From IMG/VR virus record IMGVR_UViG_3300034656_000087: DNA of 64,000 bases; one strand, written 5' to 3'. Source of the stretch: an uncultured virus (IMG/VR IMGVR_UViG_3300034656_000087) (Duplodnaviria; Heunggongvirae; Uroviricota; Caudoviricetes). Below are positions 9,916 to 18,472 of the stretch, piece after piece. The position numbers were made by a program, and so were the translations under genes. Within the stretch, counting starts at the first letter, position 1. Each line of letters begins with the position of its first letter. Under the pieces are notes generated by a model. That model was not told the DNA's origin. It did no database searches and saw only the letters and a list, made by a program, of their open reading frames with translations.

Positions 9916-10148
9916 GCACCGTATTGAATGCCTCCTCCATCCGCGTCAGCCCAGCCATGGGCGGCTTTGTCGCGACACTGCGCGGCAAGCGTGCCACCGG
10001 TACCACGCACCGCGACGCAGCCCTAAACGTAGCGCGTCAGGTGTATGGCCCAAAGGTCAACGTACGCAGCGACTACCTACGCGATGCAGATCCACTGGCG
10101 GGCATCCAGTACCGCTACCACATCACCCACCAGCGAGGTGTGGCATGA
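9912..10148 (+). CDS. Small hypothetical protein
   Basis: SD GAGGTG, ATG 9912, ATGA coupling at both ends. Confidence 0.65.
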   Translation: MSTVLNASSIRVSPAMGGFVATLRGKRATGTTHRDAALNVARQVYGPKVNVRSDYLRDADPLAGIQYRYHITHQRGVA

Positions 10149-10360
10149 GCGAGAAAGTAAAAACCAGCACCAAGGCCATGATCACGATTGAGCCTAATGG
10201 CAGTGGCGGCTTCAACGTATACGCCGGATTCAATGGCGATAAACCCGAGTCACCACAGATGAAAAAGGCAGGCGATTTAGCCCTGCTGGGAATGCTGGCC
10301 ATCGCCAAAGCGTTGGAGCTGCAAGACGGCCACGCGGCCACCCAAACAACCATCCACTAA
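10145..10360 (+). CDS. Small hypothetical protein
   Basis: SD GAGGTG, ATGA coupling. Confidence 0.65.
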   Translation: MSEKVKTSTKAMITIEPNGSGGFNVYAGFNGDKPESPQMKKAGDLALLGMLAIAKALELQDGHAATQTTIH

Positions 10361-10422
10361 GCGAAACGCCCCCACCAAGGGGCGTCTGCCGGGCGTGGTG
10401 GCCCGGCACCGATGAGCAGCCA
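10361..10422 (+). ncRNA. Type II hammerhead ribozyme, variant core CCGAUGA
   Basis: GC-GAAA-stem III (CGCCCC/GGGGCG)-GUC-stem I (UGCCGGGC/GCCCGGCA)-CCGAUGA-GC; loop I UGGU can pair with 3' GCCA. Confidence 0.85.
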
Positions 10423-10433
10423 AGGGGAGAGAA

Positions 10434-11132
10434 ATGGATAGCAAAGCGTTAGACAAAATCAAGAAGTGCCTACGGCTTGCCAAGTCGAGCAATGCCAATG
10501 AAGCCGCCGCCGCATTGCGCCAGGCGCAAAAGCTGATGGCCATTCATGGCGTCACCAGCGAAGACGTGGCCTTGAGCGATGTGGAAACGCACACGGCTAA
10601 AACCGGCGCAGGAAAAACACCGCCCGCATACGTCACCATGCTGGGCAACATGGTCGCCAGTGCCTTCGGCGCTGAGAAGGTCTATCAGCAGGTTTACGAC
10701 GGCGAGCGATGGGCGCTGAATGTTGAGTTCTACGGCGTCAATGGTGCTGCCGAAGTAGCAGGCTATGCCTTTGAAGTGTTGGGCCGTCAGCTAAAGCGCG
10801 ACCGCAGCGCGTTCCTCGCTACCCAGAACAAGCGCCTAAAGCGCGCCACCAAAGTGCGCCGTGGCGACCTCTACGCGCAAGCATGGATTAACGCTGTGGC
10901 CACTCAGGTAACCCGCCACCAGCGCACAGAGGCAGAGAACGCCATCGTGGAAGCCTACAAGGCCAAACGCTGGAAGGACCTAGAAACCATGAAGCCCCGC
11001 GATAACACCAAAGGCATGCGCAGCCATGACCACGGTGCTATTCACCAGGGCTATCAGGACGGCAAGAAAGTCAGCTTCCACCAAGGCGTGAATGGCAGCC
11101 GCCACGCCCAGATCGGTGAGGTAGCGTCATGA
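10434..11132 (+). CDS. DUF2786-domain protein
   Basis: LDKIKKCLRLAKSSNANEAAAALRQAQKLM signature. Confidence 0.88.
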   Translation: MDSKALDKIKKCLRLAKSSNANEAAAALRQAQKLMAIHGVTSEDVALSDVETHTAKTGAGKTPPAYVTMLGNMVASAFGAEKVYQQVYDGERWALNVEFYGVNGAAEVAGYAFEVLGRQLKRDRSAFLATQNKRLKRATKVRRGDLYAQAWINAVATQVTRHQRTEAENAIVEAYKAKRWKDLETMKPRDNTKGMRSHDHGAIHQGYQDGKKVSFHQGVNGSRHAQIGEVAS

Positions 11133-11551
11133 TCAGCAAAGGCAAGCTGGCCCAAATCCACATCGCCAAGGCCCAACTGGGCCTGACAGATGAAGACTAC
11201 CGCGCCATCCTCGCACGCACAGCGGGCGTGAGCAGTGCCAAAGAACTCACCAACCGCACCGTCGGCGGCGTGATGCACGAGTTTCGCCGCCTCGGTTTTG
11301 AGCCAAAGCCCGCCAAAAAAGCGGGCCGTAAGGCACCTAACCCACCAGCGACCCGCCAAGCGGAAATGAAAAAGGTAGAGGCGCTGCTAGCAGAAGCGGG
11401 CCGCGCTTGGGCCTACGCAGACGGCATGGCAAAGCACATGTTCAAAGTCGACCGCGTGGACTTTCTCGACGACAGCCAACTGCACAAACTGCTGCAAGCG
11501 CTAATCATCGACGCCAAACGGCAAGGACGGTACCCCGATGACCTCAAATGA
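11129..11551 (+). CDS. Mu gp16/GemA-family (DUF1018) protein
   Basis: LAQIHIAKAQLGLTDEDYRAIL...GVSSAKEL. Confidence 0.9.
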   Translation: MISKGKLAQIHIAKAQLGLTDEDYRAILARTAGVSSAKELTNRTVGGVMHEFRRLGFEPKPAKKAGRKAPNPPATRQAEMKKVEALLAEAGRAWAYADGMAKHMFKVDRVDFLDDSQLHKLLQALIIDAKRQGRYPDDLK

Positions 11552-11951
11552 CGATAACCTCGATTTTGGGTTTGATGAGATCCCCGCCGATGCCCTGGAA
11601 CGCCTGCCCGACCCAGAGCTGGCACGTCACTGGCCACAGTCACTGGTGGACATGCTGCAGGTGATCGAAGCGGAATACGTCGAGATAGGTCTGGAGCCGC
11701 GTATTGCCCAACGTCTGGCGTTTTCCACCCTAAGAATACTGGCGTATTACCACGGCGGGCAGGTATTCTATTTAGCCAAAGGGGATCAGCTCGACCGAGC
11801 GCTGCGCGACCATCAGATATGGTGCGAGTTTAACGGCAGCAACCACGCCGAGTTGGCACGGCGCTACGATAAGAGCGTAATCCAGATCTACAAGATCCTG
11901 GCCGAGCAGCGGGCACTGCACCGCAACCGCATACAGCCGGGGCTGTTTTGA
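11538..11951 (+). CDS. mor: Mor/C-family transcription activator
   Basis: GGQVFYL...RDHQIWCEFNGSNHAELARRY..S..QIYKIL. Confidence 0.92.
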   Translation: MTSNDDNLDFGFDEIPADALERLPDPELARHWPQSLVDMLQVIEAEYVEIGLEPRIAQRLAFSTLRILAYYHGGQVFYLAKGDQLDRALRDHQIWCEFNGSNHAELARRYDKSVIQIYKILAEQRALHRNRIQPGLF

Positions 11952-11989
11952 CATCCGAATAAGAAAGCAATCACATACAAGGGGGTGCT

Positions 11990-12577
11990 ATGAAAATATT
12001 AGCAGGAATAATGACGTTACTGGCGGTTGGCACTGCACAAGCTTCCGAGGAATGCGCCGATATTTCAAATGACCAGCGTCGATTGGCTTGTTATGACGCA
12101 GAGTATCGTCCTGCAACTGAGCAGAAAGCCGTCTCAGAGTGGAACGTAAACGAACAAACGTCCCCCATTGACGATAGTAAAACAGTTGTACTACGCACAG
12201 AGTCAATGGAGCCTGTTATGGGTCGCTTTGGAAGAAACAGCAGACCAAGCTTAATTCTGCGTTGCCACGAAAATACAACTGTTATGTACCTGAGTTTTGA
12301 TGAGCACCATATGGCTGATAGTCAGGGCTATGGGCGTGTAACGATGAGGGTGGATCAGCAGGATGCAGTGAGGCGTGATATGTTAGCCTCTACTGACCAC
12401 AAGGCGCTGGGTTTATGGAATGGTGGCAGATCTATTCCTGTAATACGAACTCTATTGGATGCTGATGTCCTCACTGTTCGTGTCACACCTTATAGCGAAT
12501 CCCCTATCACTGTTCAGTTTCCGGTTGGTGGACTGGAAGAGGCTATTGTGCCCCTACGTGAAGCGTGCAACTGGTAA
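11990..12577 (+). CDS. Secreted VasI/TagO-like protein (moron)
   Basis: Signal peptide; C..I.N...RLACYD; W....TSPIDDS; LILRC..N.T; ends LREACNW; AT-richer than flanks. Confidence 0.7.
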   Translation: MKILAGIMTLLAVGTAQASEECADISNDQRRLACYDAEYRPATEQKAVSEWNVNEQTSPIDDSKTVVLRTESMEPVMGRFGRNSRPSLILRCHENTTVMYLSFDEHHMADSQGYGRVTMRVDQQDAVRRDMLASTDHKALGLWNGGRSIPVIRTLLDADVLTVRVTPYSESPITVQFPVGGLEEAIVPLREACNW

Positions 12578-12613
12578 CGTTCTCACAACTACCAATAACT
12601 TAAGGAGAGCTCA

Positions 12614-12955
12614 GTGAGAGCAATCACCAGAGTTACTGTTATAAGCGCTGCCTTGTTATCGGGTTGTGGCGAAAGCCAAGCCACAAATAATGTCACCATC
12701 GACGAAGACGCTATTAAATCAACCGTGATGCAAGACAGCGCTGCCCAAGACTTTTTGGTCACCGATGATGGTGCCATCTACGTTGGAGTGCTGGACAACG
12801 GCAGCAACCGAGATGGGTATGCAGCGTCTGTATGTGAAGTGGTCCGGGAAAACGCCACTGGCGAAGGTAATCGCCTAGTACGTATTATCGACATTGCGGC
12901 TGTCTCCAGAGGAGAAGGGTTCAAAACACTTGGTCGCCATCAGTGTGAGGTATAA
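12614..12955 (+). CDS. Lipoprotein of unknown function (moron)
   Basis: SD AAGGAG, GTG start, lipobox LSGC. Confidence 0.75.
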   Translation: MRAITRVTVISAALLSGCGESQATNNVTIDEDAIKSTVMQDSAAQDFLVTDDGAIYVGVLDNGSNRDGYAASVCEVVRENATGEGNRLVRIIDIAAVSRGEGFKTLGRHQCEV

Positions 12956-12987
12956 CCCCAACCAGCTCCTGAACAACGCCTCCAACA

Positions 12988-13010
12988 AACCCGCCTCGGC
13001 GGGTTGTTTT
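12988..13010 (+). terminator. Intrinsic terminator ending the early/middle operon
   Basis: AACCCGCC-TC-GGCGGGTT followed by GTTTTCTTT. Confidence 0.75.
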
Positions 13011-13056
13011 CTTTAATTCCCGCTAATCCCGACGCCGTACCCTACCGCCCTATCCT
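13011..13056 (+). promoter_or_regulatory. Putative Mor/C-activated late promoter (lysis operon)
   Basis: CTTTAATTCCCGCTAATCCCG box 40 bp before -10 TATCCT; same architecture at 21860. Confidence 0.65.
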
Positions 13057-13105
13057 GAACCTCACTGCTCTGTGCTTCGCTCACCTGCAATGAGGCTCTC
13101 TCGCC

Positions 13106-13468
13106 ATGCCCCGTGACGACATCTCTATCCATTTCCGACGCCGTGAATTTGCCTGCAAATGCGGGTGTGGGTTCGATACGGTAGACCTGGAAACCCTAAC
13201 GCTACTGCAAGACATCCGTCTGCATTTCGATGCCCCGGTCATCATCAACAGCGGTTGCCGCTGTGCGGCCTACAACCGACGCGTAGGCGGTGCTGCCGCC
13301 AGCCAGCATGTGTTTGGCCGCGCCGCTGATATCCGCGTGCAAGGCATCGACCCCGCCGTGGTAGCCACCTACGTGGAAACCCAGCACCCCACGGCCAGCG
13401 TGGGCCGCTACAACACCTTCACCCACGTAGACACACGCACAAGCGGCCCTGCCCGCTGGGGCGGGTGA
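13106..13468 (+). CDS. Endolysin, peptidase M15 family
   Basis: EFACKCGCG, INSGCRC..YN..VGG...SQH..GRAADI, FTHVDTR. Confidence 0.9.
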   Translation: MPRDDISIHFRRREFACKCGCGFDTVDLETLTLLQDIRLHFDAPVIINSGCRCAAYNRRVGGAAASQHVFGRAADIRVQGIDPAVVATYVETQHPTASVGRYNTFTHVDTRTSGPARWGG

Positions 13469-13471
13469 ACC

Positions 13472-14032
13472 ATGCAATGGCGAGAACTAGCCACCACCGT
13501 AGGCGGTATGGCCCCACTGATCGGCAGCGCCCTCGGCGGCCACGCTGGGGCAGCCGTGGGCCAACTAGCCGCCAAAGCCTTAGGCGTTGCCGCCACTCCC
13601 GACGCCGTCGCCCAAGCACTCGGCGACCCAGACGCCGCCATCAAGCTCCAGCAGCTCGAAAACGATCACCAGCAAACCCTCACCCGCATGGTGCTAGAAG
13701 CCGAAAGCGTGCGCCTTGGCGAAGTAAATAAAACCATGCGGGCCGAAGCGGCGAGCAACGACGCCTATGTGCGCCGTTGGCGGCCTACCTTTGGCTATCT
13801 CACTGCGATTGCCTGGGTTATCCAGTGCGTGGCCATTGCCTGGTCGATTGTGGCTACGCCTGAGCAAGCAGGTGTGGTAGCCCAAGCCGTTACCGCACTC
13901 ACCCCCATGTGGGGCGTGGCGCTTGCCATGTTGGGGATTAACGCCACCTGCCGAAGCCGCGACAAACAAGTGGCCGCAGGCCAACAGCCCAGCGGCTTTA
14001 TGGACGCCGTGATAAAGCGCGTTGGCCGCTAA
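13472..14032 (+). CDS. Holin of the 3TM/GTA-holin type
   Basis: APLIGSALGG N-terminus, WRPTFGY plus two TM segments, R.RDK. Confidence 0.78.
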   Translation: MQWRELATTVGGMAPLIGSALGGHAGAAVGQLAAKALGVAATPDAVAQALGDPDAAIKLQQLENDHQQTLTRMVLEAESVRLGEVNKTMRAEAASNDAYVRRWRPTFGYLTAIAWVIQCVAIAWSIVATPEQAGVVAQAVTALTPMWGVALAMLGINATCRSRDKQVAAGQQPSGFMDAVIKRVGR

Positions 14033-14052
14033 CCCACCGATAAGGGAACCTC

Positions 14053-14394
14053 ATGGAGTTATTCAACTGGAACGCCGCCAAGGTGATCTTCGACGTGATG
14101 CAGGCACTGCTCACCGCGCTCATGGCGGCCTATGTCTACTGGCTGAACAAGCACCGCGCCAGCCAAGCCGCGATTAAAGGCACCAACGATCGTATCGATG
14201 GCGTTGAGAAGAAAGTGGTCAACCTGGAGCACAAAGTGGAACGCCTACCCGATCACGAGGACATCGAAAAGCTACAGGAGCAAATGGCGCGTACCAACGT
14301 ACTGCTGGCGGAGATCAGCGCTAACCAAAAAAGTACGTCAGTACAGGTCAACCGCATTAACGACTACTTGCTGAACCAAGGGGGCCGCTCATGA
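14053..14394 (+). CDS. DUF2730 / Mu gp25-like single-TM coiled-coil protein
   Basis: N-terminal TM, LE...E.LP...DI..L, ends RINDYLL; position. Confidence 0.75.
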   Translation: MELFNWNAAKVIFDVMQALLTALMAAYVYWLNKHRASQAAIKGTNDRIDGVEKKVVNLEHKVERLPDHEDIEKLQEQMARTNVLLAEISANQKSTSVQVNRINDYLLNQGGRS

Positions 14395-14699
14395 CCGGGC
14401 AACACTTTTCCGACTTCGAAACCGAAGGCCGCCGCCTGGGCATCCTGCGGATTCTGTCGCGCCGCAGCCAGTTCACGACCAACGAATACAGCCTGAACGA
14501 TGAGCTGAAAGGCGCCTACGCCCACTACGTCAGCCGCGACAAGCTACACGGCGATATTGCCTGGCTGGAAGAACAAGGCCTAGTGATTGCTCAGCAGCCC
14601 CGCGCGGGCTGGATCGTGACCCTCACCTCTCGCGGTGCCGACTGTGCCGAAGGCCTCGCCAATGTACCCGGCGTCGCCAAGCCGCGACCGGGAGCGTAA
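14391..14699 (+). CDS. Mu gp26-like winged-helix protein
   Basis: RRLGILRIL...WLEEQGLV...LTSRGADCAEGLANVPGVAKP. Confidence 0.82.
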   Translation: MTGQHFSDFETEGRRLGILRILSRRSQFTTNEYSLNDELKGAYAHYVSRDKLHGDIAWLEEQGLVIAQQPRAGWIVTLTSRGADCAEGLANVPGVAKPRPGA

Positions 14700-14701
14700 C
14701 C

Positions 14702-15250
14702 ATGCCGCCCCGTAACAAGGTGTTCGACTTGCCCCAAGAGGTGCGCGAAGAACTCAACGAGAAGCTCGTCAGCAGTGGCTTCCAAGGCTACGAAGCGTTA
14801 GCCGGGTGGCTCAGCGAGCGCGGTTATAACGTTTCCAAGTCCAGCGTTCACCGCTATGGCCAGGACCTCCAAGAGGAGTTCGAAGAAGCCATGGGCGACG
14901 TGCGTAAAACCACCGAGCTAGCCCGCGCCATGGCCAGCGACGGCGAAGACGAAAGCGGCCACCTGATCGACGCCACCGCCCGCATCGTGCAAGACCAGCT
15001 CCTGCGTATCTCTATCGCCATGCGCAAGGCCGAAGAAGACCCCGCCAAAGCCGCCAAGCAGCTCGGCAGCGTGACCAAAGCGCTGGCCGATATTGGGCGC
15101 GTATCACTCAGCCAGAAGAAATGGGCCAAGGAGCTGCGGGTGGAAGTGGCCAGAGAGGCAGCGGAAAAAGCCGAGACCAGCATGGCGACTCAGGGCATGA
15201 GCCGCGACGCCATCGACGCCATCAAGCGCGATATTCTGGGGATTGCCTAA
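14702..15250 (+). CDS. DUF3486 / Mu gp27, probable terminase small subunit
   Basis: KVFDLP.EVR..L...SKSSVHRYG; upstream of terL. Confidence 0.85.
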   Translation: MPPRNKVFDLPQEVREELNEKLVSSGFQGYEALAGWLSERGYNVSKSSVHRYGQDLQEEFEEAMGDVRKTTELARAMASDGEDESGHLIDATARIVQDQLLRISIAMRKAEEDPAKAAKQLGSVTKALADIGRVSLSQKKWAKELRVEVAREAAEKAETSMATQGMSRDAIDAIKRDILGIA

Positions 15251-15351
15251 TGGATGAACTCACCATTGCACAGGCCATAGTCGATGCTGCCGATAGCCTC
15301 GGCTGGGCCATTGTGATCGCAGCCTTCATTCGGGGGTTCTTGAACAAATGA
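15250..15351 (+). CDS. 33-aa hydrophobic peptide between terS and terL
   Basis: TAATG and ATGA overlaps at both ends; MDELTIAQAIVDAADSLGWAIVIAAFIRGFLNK. Confidence 0.55.
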   Translation: MDELTIAQAIVDAADSLGWAIVIAAFIRGFLNK

Positions 15352-16859
15352 GCGTACTCCCCGAATCCGTCCTGCTGCCCTACCAAAAGGCGTGGATCGA
15401 AGACGACTCGGACCTCAAGATTGCCGAGAAAAGCCGCCGTACCGGCTTGACCTGGGGCGAAGCCGCCGATGCCGTGCTGTCGGCCAGCAGCGCCAAAGCC
15501 GCCGGGGGCACCAACCACTTCTATGTGGGCAGCAACAAAGACATGGCCATCGAGTTTATCGATGCCTGCGCCATGTGGGCCAAAGCGTTCAATCGCGCTG
15601 CCTCACACATCCAGGAAGAGCTGTACCAGGATGAGGATAAAGACATCCTCACCTTCAATATCCACTTCTCCAGCGGCTTCAAGATCCAGGCGCTCAGCTC
15701 GCGCCCCAGCAACATGCGTGGCCGCCAGGGTAACGTCACCATTGACGAAGCCGCTTTCCACGATCAGCTCGCCGAAGTGCTCAAAGCCGCGCTAGCCCTC
15801 ACCATGTGGGGTGCAAAAGTGCGCCTGATTAGCACCCACAACGGCGTCGAGAACCTGTTCAATGAGCTGATTCAAGACAGCCGTGCAGGCAAGAAGCGCT
15901 ACAGCGTTCACCGCATCACGCTGGATGATGCGTGCGAGCAAGGGCTCTATAAACGCATTTGCCAAGTGCGCGGCAAGCCCTGGACGCCAGAGGCAGAGGA
16001 AGAATGGAAGGCCAACCTGCTCAAGGACACCGCCACGCGGGAAGACGCCCTGGAGGAATACTACTGTGTACCCAAGGCAGGCGGCGGTGCTTACCTCTCA
16101 CGCGCCATGATCGAAGCGCGCATGGTCGATGCCCCGGTGATTCGCTTTGAAGGCAGTGCCGAATTCAACGCGGTACCGGAGCACTACCGCGCACTGGAAA
16201 TAGACGCCTGGTGCCAAGAGCACCTGCTGCCGCTGTTGGATAAGCTCGACCCCAAGCTGGCTCACTGCTTTGGCGAGGACTTTGGCCGCAGTGGCGACTT
16301 GACCGTCATTGCCCCCATGGCCATCACCCAGCAGCTCGTGCGTCAGGTACCGTTCCTGGTCGAACTGCGCAACGTGCCGTTCAAGCAGCAAGAGCAAGTG
16401 CTGTTCTTCATCGTGGACCGCCTGCCACGCCTGCAAGGCGGCGCGCTGGACGGTCGCGGCAACGGCCAGTACCTGGCCGAGCAAGCCGCCGAGCGCTACG
16501 GCAGCATTGTCGAGGTCATCATGCTTTCCCAAAGCTGGTACTTGAACAACATGCCGCCGTTCAAAGCCGCGTTCGAAGACGAGCTGATCAGCATTCCCCG
16601 CGACAGCCAAGTGGTCGACGACCTGCGCGCCCTGCAAGTGATCAAAGGCGTGCCTAAGCTGCCCGATGCCAAAACCGGCGACAGTAAAGATCGCCACGGC
16701 GATGCGGCCATCGCGCTGGCCATGGCGTACTACGCCAGCCTGATGGACGTGGTACCCATCGAATTCACCCCCGCGCCCCTGCCGGGTGCTGCCCGCCAGG
16801 ACAACGACAGCGACGACATTGAACCCAGCGGCTTTGGAATAGGAGGCGGCGCATGGTAA
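15348..16859 (+). CDS. Terminase large subunit (Mu gp28-like)
   Basis: LLPYQKAW, KSRRTGLTW, IDEAAFH, GEDFGRSGDL, HGDAAIA. Confidence 0.95.
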   Translation: MSVLPESVLLPYQKAWIEDDSDLKIAEKSRRTGLTWGEAADAVLSASSAKAAGGTNHFYVGSNKDMAIEFIDACAMWAKAFNRAASHIQEELYQDEDKDILTFNIHFSSGFKIQALSSRPSNMRGRQGNVTIDEAAFHDQLAEVLKAALALTMWGAKVRLISTHNGVENLFNELIQDSRAGKKRYSVHRITLDDACEQGLYKRICQVRGKPWTPEAEEEWKANLLKDTATREDALEEYYCVPKAGGGAYLSRAMIEARMVDAPVIRFEGSAEFNAVPEHYRALEIDAWCQEHLLPLLDKLDPKLAHCFGEDFGRSGDLTVIAPMAITQQLVRQVPFLVELRNVPFKQQEQVLFFIVDRLPRLQGGALDGRGNGQYLAEQAAERYGSIVEVIMLSQSWYLNNMPPFKAAFEDELISIPRDSQVVDDLRALQVIKGVPKLPDAKTGDSKDRHGDAAIALAMAYYASLMDVVPIEFTPAPLPGAARQDNDSDDIEPSGFGIGGGAW

Positions 16860-18472
16860 GCCCCACCGCGAAGTATCGGCGCAACCTGGTCAAAGCCAAC
16901 GCGCCCGCACTCAAAGAGCAACAGACGAACGATGCCCGCATCGGTCAGCTCAAGCGCGAATTTGCTGAGCACCCCACGAAAGGCCTCACGCCTGCGCGCC
17001 TGTACCAGATCCTGGAGGCCGCTGAGCAAGGCGACCTGAAAGCGCAGTCTGAACTGTTCGATGACATGGAGGAGAAAGACCCCCAGATCGGTGCCGACTT
17101 GGGCAAGCGTAGGCAACTAGCAGCAGAGCGCGAATGGCAGATCGTGCCGCCGGATAACGCCAGCGCCCAAGAGAAACGCGCCACCGAACACGCCATTGAG
17201 GTGTTCTCAGGGCTGGAGGTCGAAGACCTTATTCTGGATCTCGGTACCGGCATCGGCCACGGCTGGGCGAACCTGGAGCTTTCGTGGCAGCGTGATGGCG
17301 CACTGCGCTACATCGAGCAGCCCACGCTGCGCCCGCACTCCTGGTTCCGCTTGCACCCCGACGACCAGAACTGCATCACGCTGCGGGACAACAGCGCCAC
17401 CGGTGCCGAGCTATGGCCGTTGGGGTGGGTGCAACACCGCCACCGTGCCAAGAGCGGCTATGTCGCCCGCATGGGGCTGCACAGAATGCTGGCATGGCCC
17501 TACCTGTTCCAGAATTACGCGCTTGGCGACCTGGCGCAGTTGCTGGAAATCTACGGCCTACCGGCCCGTATCGGCACATACCCGCGTAACGCTACCGAGA
17601 AAGAGAAAGCGACGCTCTTACGCGCCGTCGTCACGCTGGGCCAGAACGCGGCGGGCATCATCCCGGAGGGCATGGGCATCGAGTTCATGGAAGCGGCAGG
17701 CAAGGGAGCGTCTGCGGATCTCTACAAAACCATGATGGACTGGTGCGAACGCGCCAAAGCCAAAGCGATCCTGGGCGGCACCTTAACCTCCGGTACAGGC
17801 GAGGGCACGAACACAAACGCACTCGGCAATGTGCACGAACGCGCACAGATGAGCCTGATCCGCTCCGATTCCCGTCAATACGCAGGCAGCATCCGTAATG
17901 CCATCCTCTGGCCCATGGCCGCGCTCAACTTCGGCATTGATAAGCCCCAGCGTGCGCCTCGGTTCTACCTCGACTGTGGCGAAACCGAAGACCTGGAGCG
18001 CCTCTCCAAGAGCTTGCCGACCATTGTGGACATGGGCGTAAAAGTGCCCATGTGGTGGTTCCATGAGAAAAGCGGCATCCCCAAAGCAGCCAAAGACGAA
18101 GAGGTGCTAATGCCAAAGGCAGCGCCAAACCCGTTCGGTGCGCTGCGAATTCCAGCATCACGGCCACCGCTAGCCGCCCTACGCCAGGCACCCACGCAAC
18201 CGGGCCAGCCGAGCTACTACCGCGATGCCACCCTCGATCAGATTGACGACCAAGCACAGCCAATCGTTGATGGCTGGGTGGCGCAGGTGCAGCAGTTGGT
18301 AGAGCAGGCGACCAGCTTCGAGCAGCTGCAAGAGATGATCGCCACGGCGTTTGACGACCTCGACGAATCGGAGCTTGCAGACGTGATGGCCACCGCGTTT
18401 GAGGCGGCCAACTTGGCAGGCCGTGCCACTGTTCTTGAAGGGCAGGATGAGGAAACCGGCGATGCCGATTAG
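16853..18472 (+). CDS. Portal protein (DUF935, Mu gp29)
   Basis: HPTKGLTP, AEQGDL..Q.ELF.DMEEKD, ILGGTLTS, ALGNVHE. Confidence 0.95.
   Translation: MVSPTAKYRRNLVKANAPALKEQQTNDARIGQLKREFAEHPTKGLTPARLYQILEAAEQGDLKAQSELFDDMEEKDPQIGADLGKRRQLAAEREWQIVPPDNASAQEKRATEHAIEVFSGLEVEDLILDLGTGIGHGWANLELSWQRDGALRYIEQPTLRPHSWFRLHPDDQNCITLRDNSATGAELWPLGWVQHRHRAKSGYVARMGLHRMLAWPYLFQNYALGDLAQLLEIYGLPARIGTYPRNATEKEKATLLRAVVTLGQNAAGIIPEGMGIEFMEAAGKGASADLYKTMMDWCERAKAKAILGGTLTSGTGEGTNTNALGNVHERAQMSLIRSDSRQYAGSIRNAILWPMAALNFGIDKPQRAPRFYLDCGETEDLERLSKSLPTIVDMGVKVPMWWFHEKSGIPKAAKDEEVLMPKAAPNPFGALRIPASRPPLAALRQAPTQPGQPSYYRDATLDQIDDQAQPIVDGWVAQVQQLVEQATSFEQLQEMIATAFDDLDESELADVMATAFEAANLAGRATVLEGQDEETGDAD

Noticed and set aside
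11990..12577. Evidence for a type VI secretion locus
   Set aside because: Lone VasI/TagO-like gene; the sheath, tube and baseplate genes elsewhere are clearly P2 phage genes.
13465..13731. Arg-rich overlapping ORF as a spanin or lysis peptide
   Set aside because: No lipobox or TM segment; typical alternative-frame shadow of a GC-rich gene.
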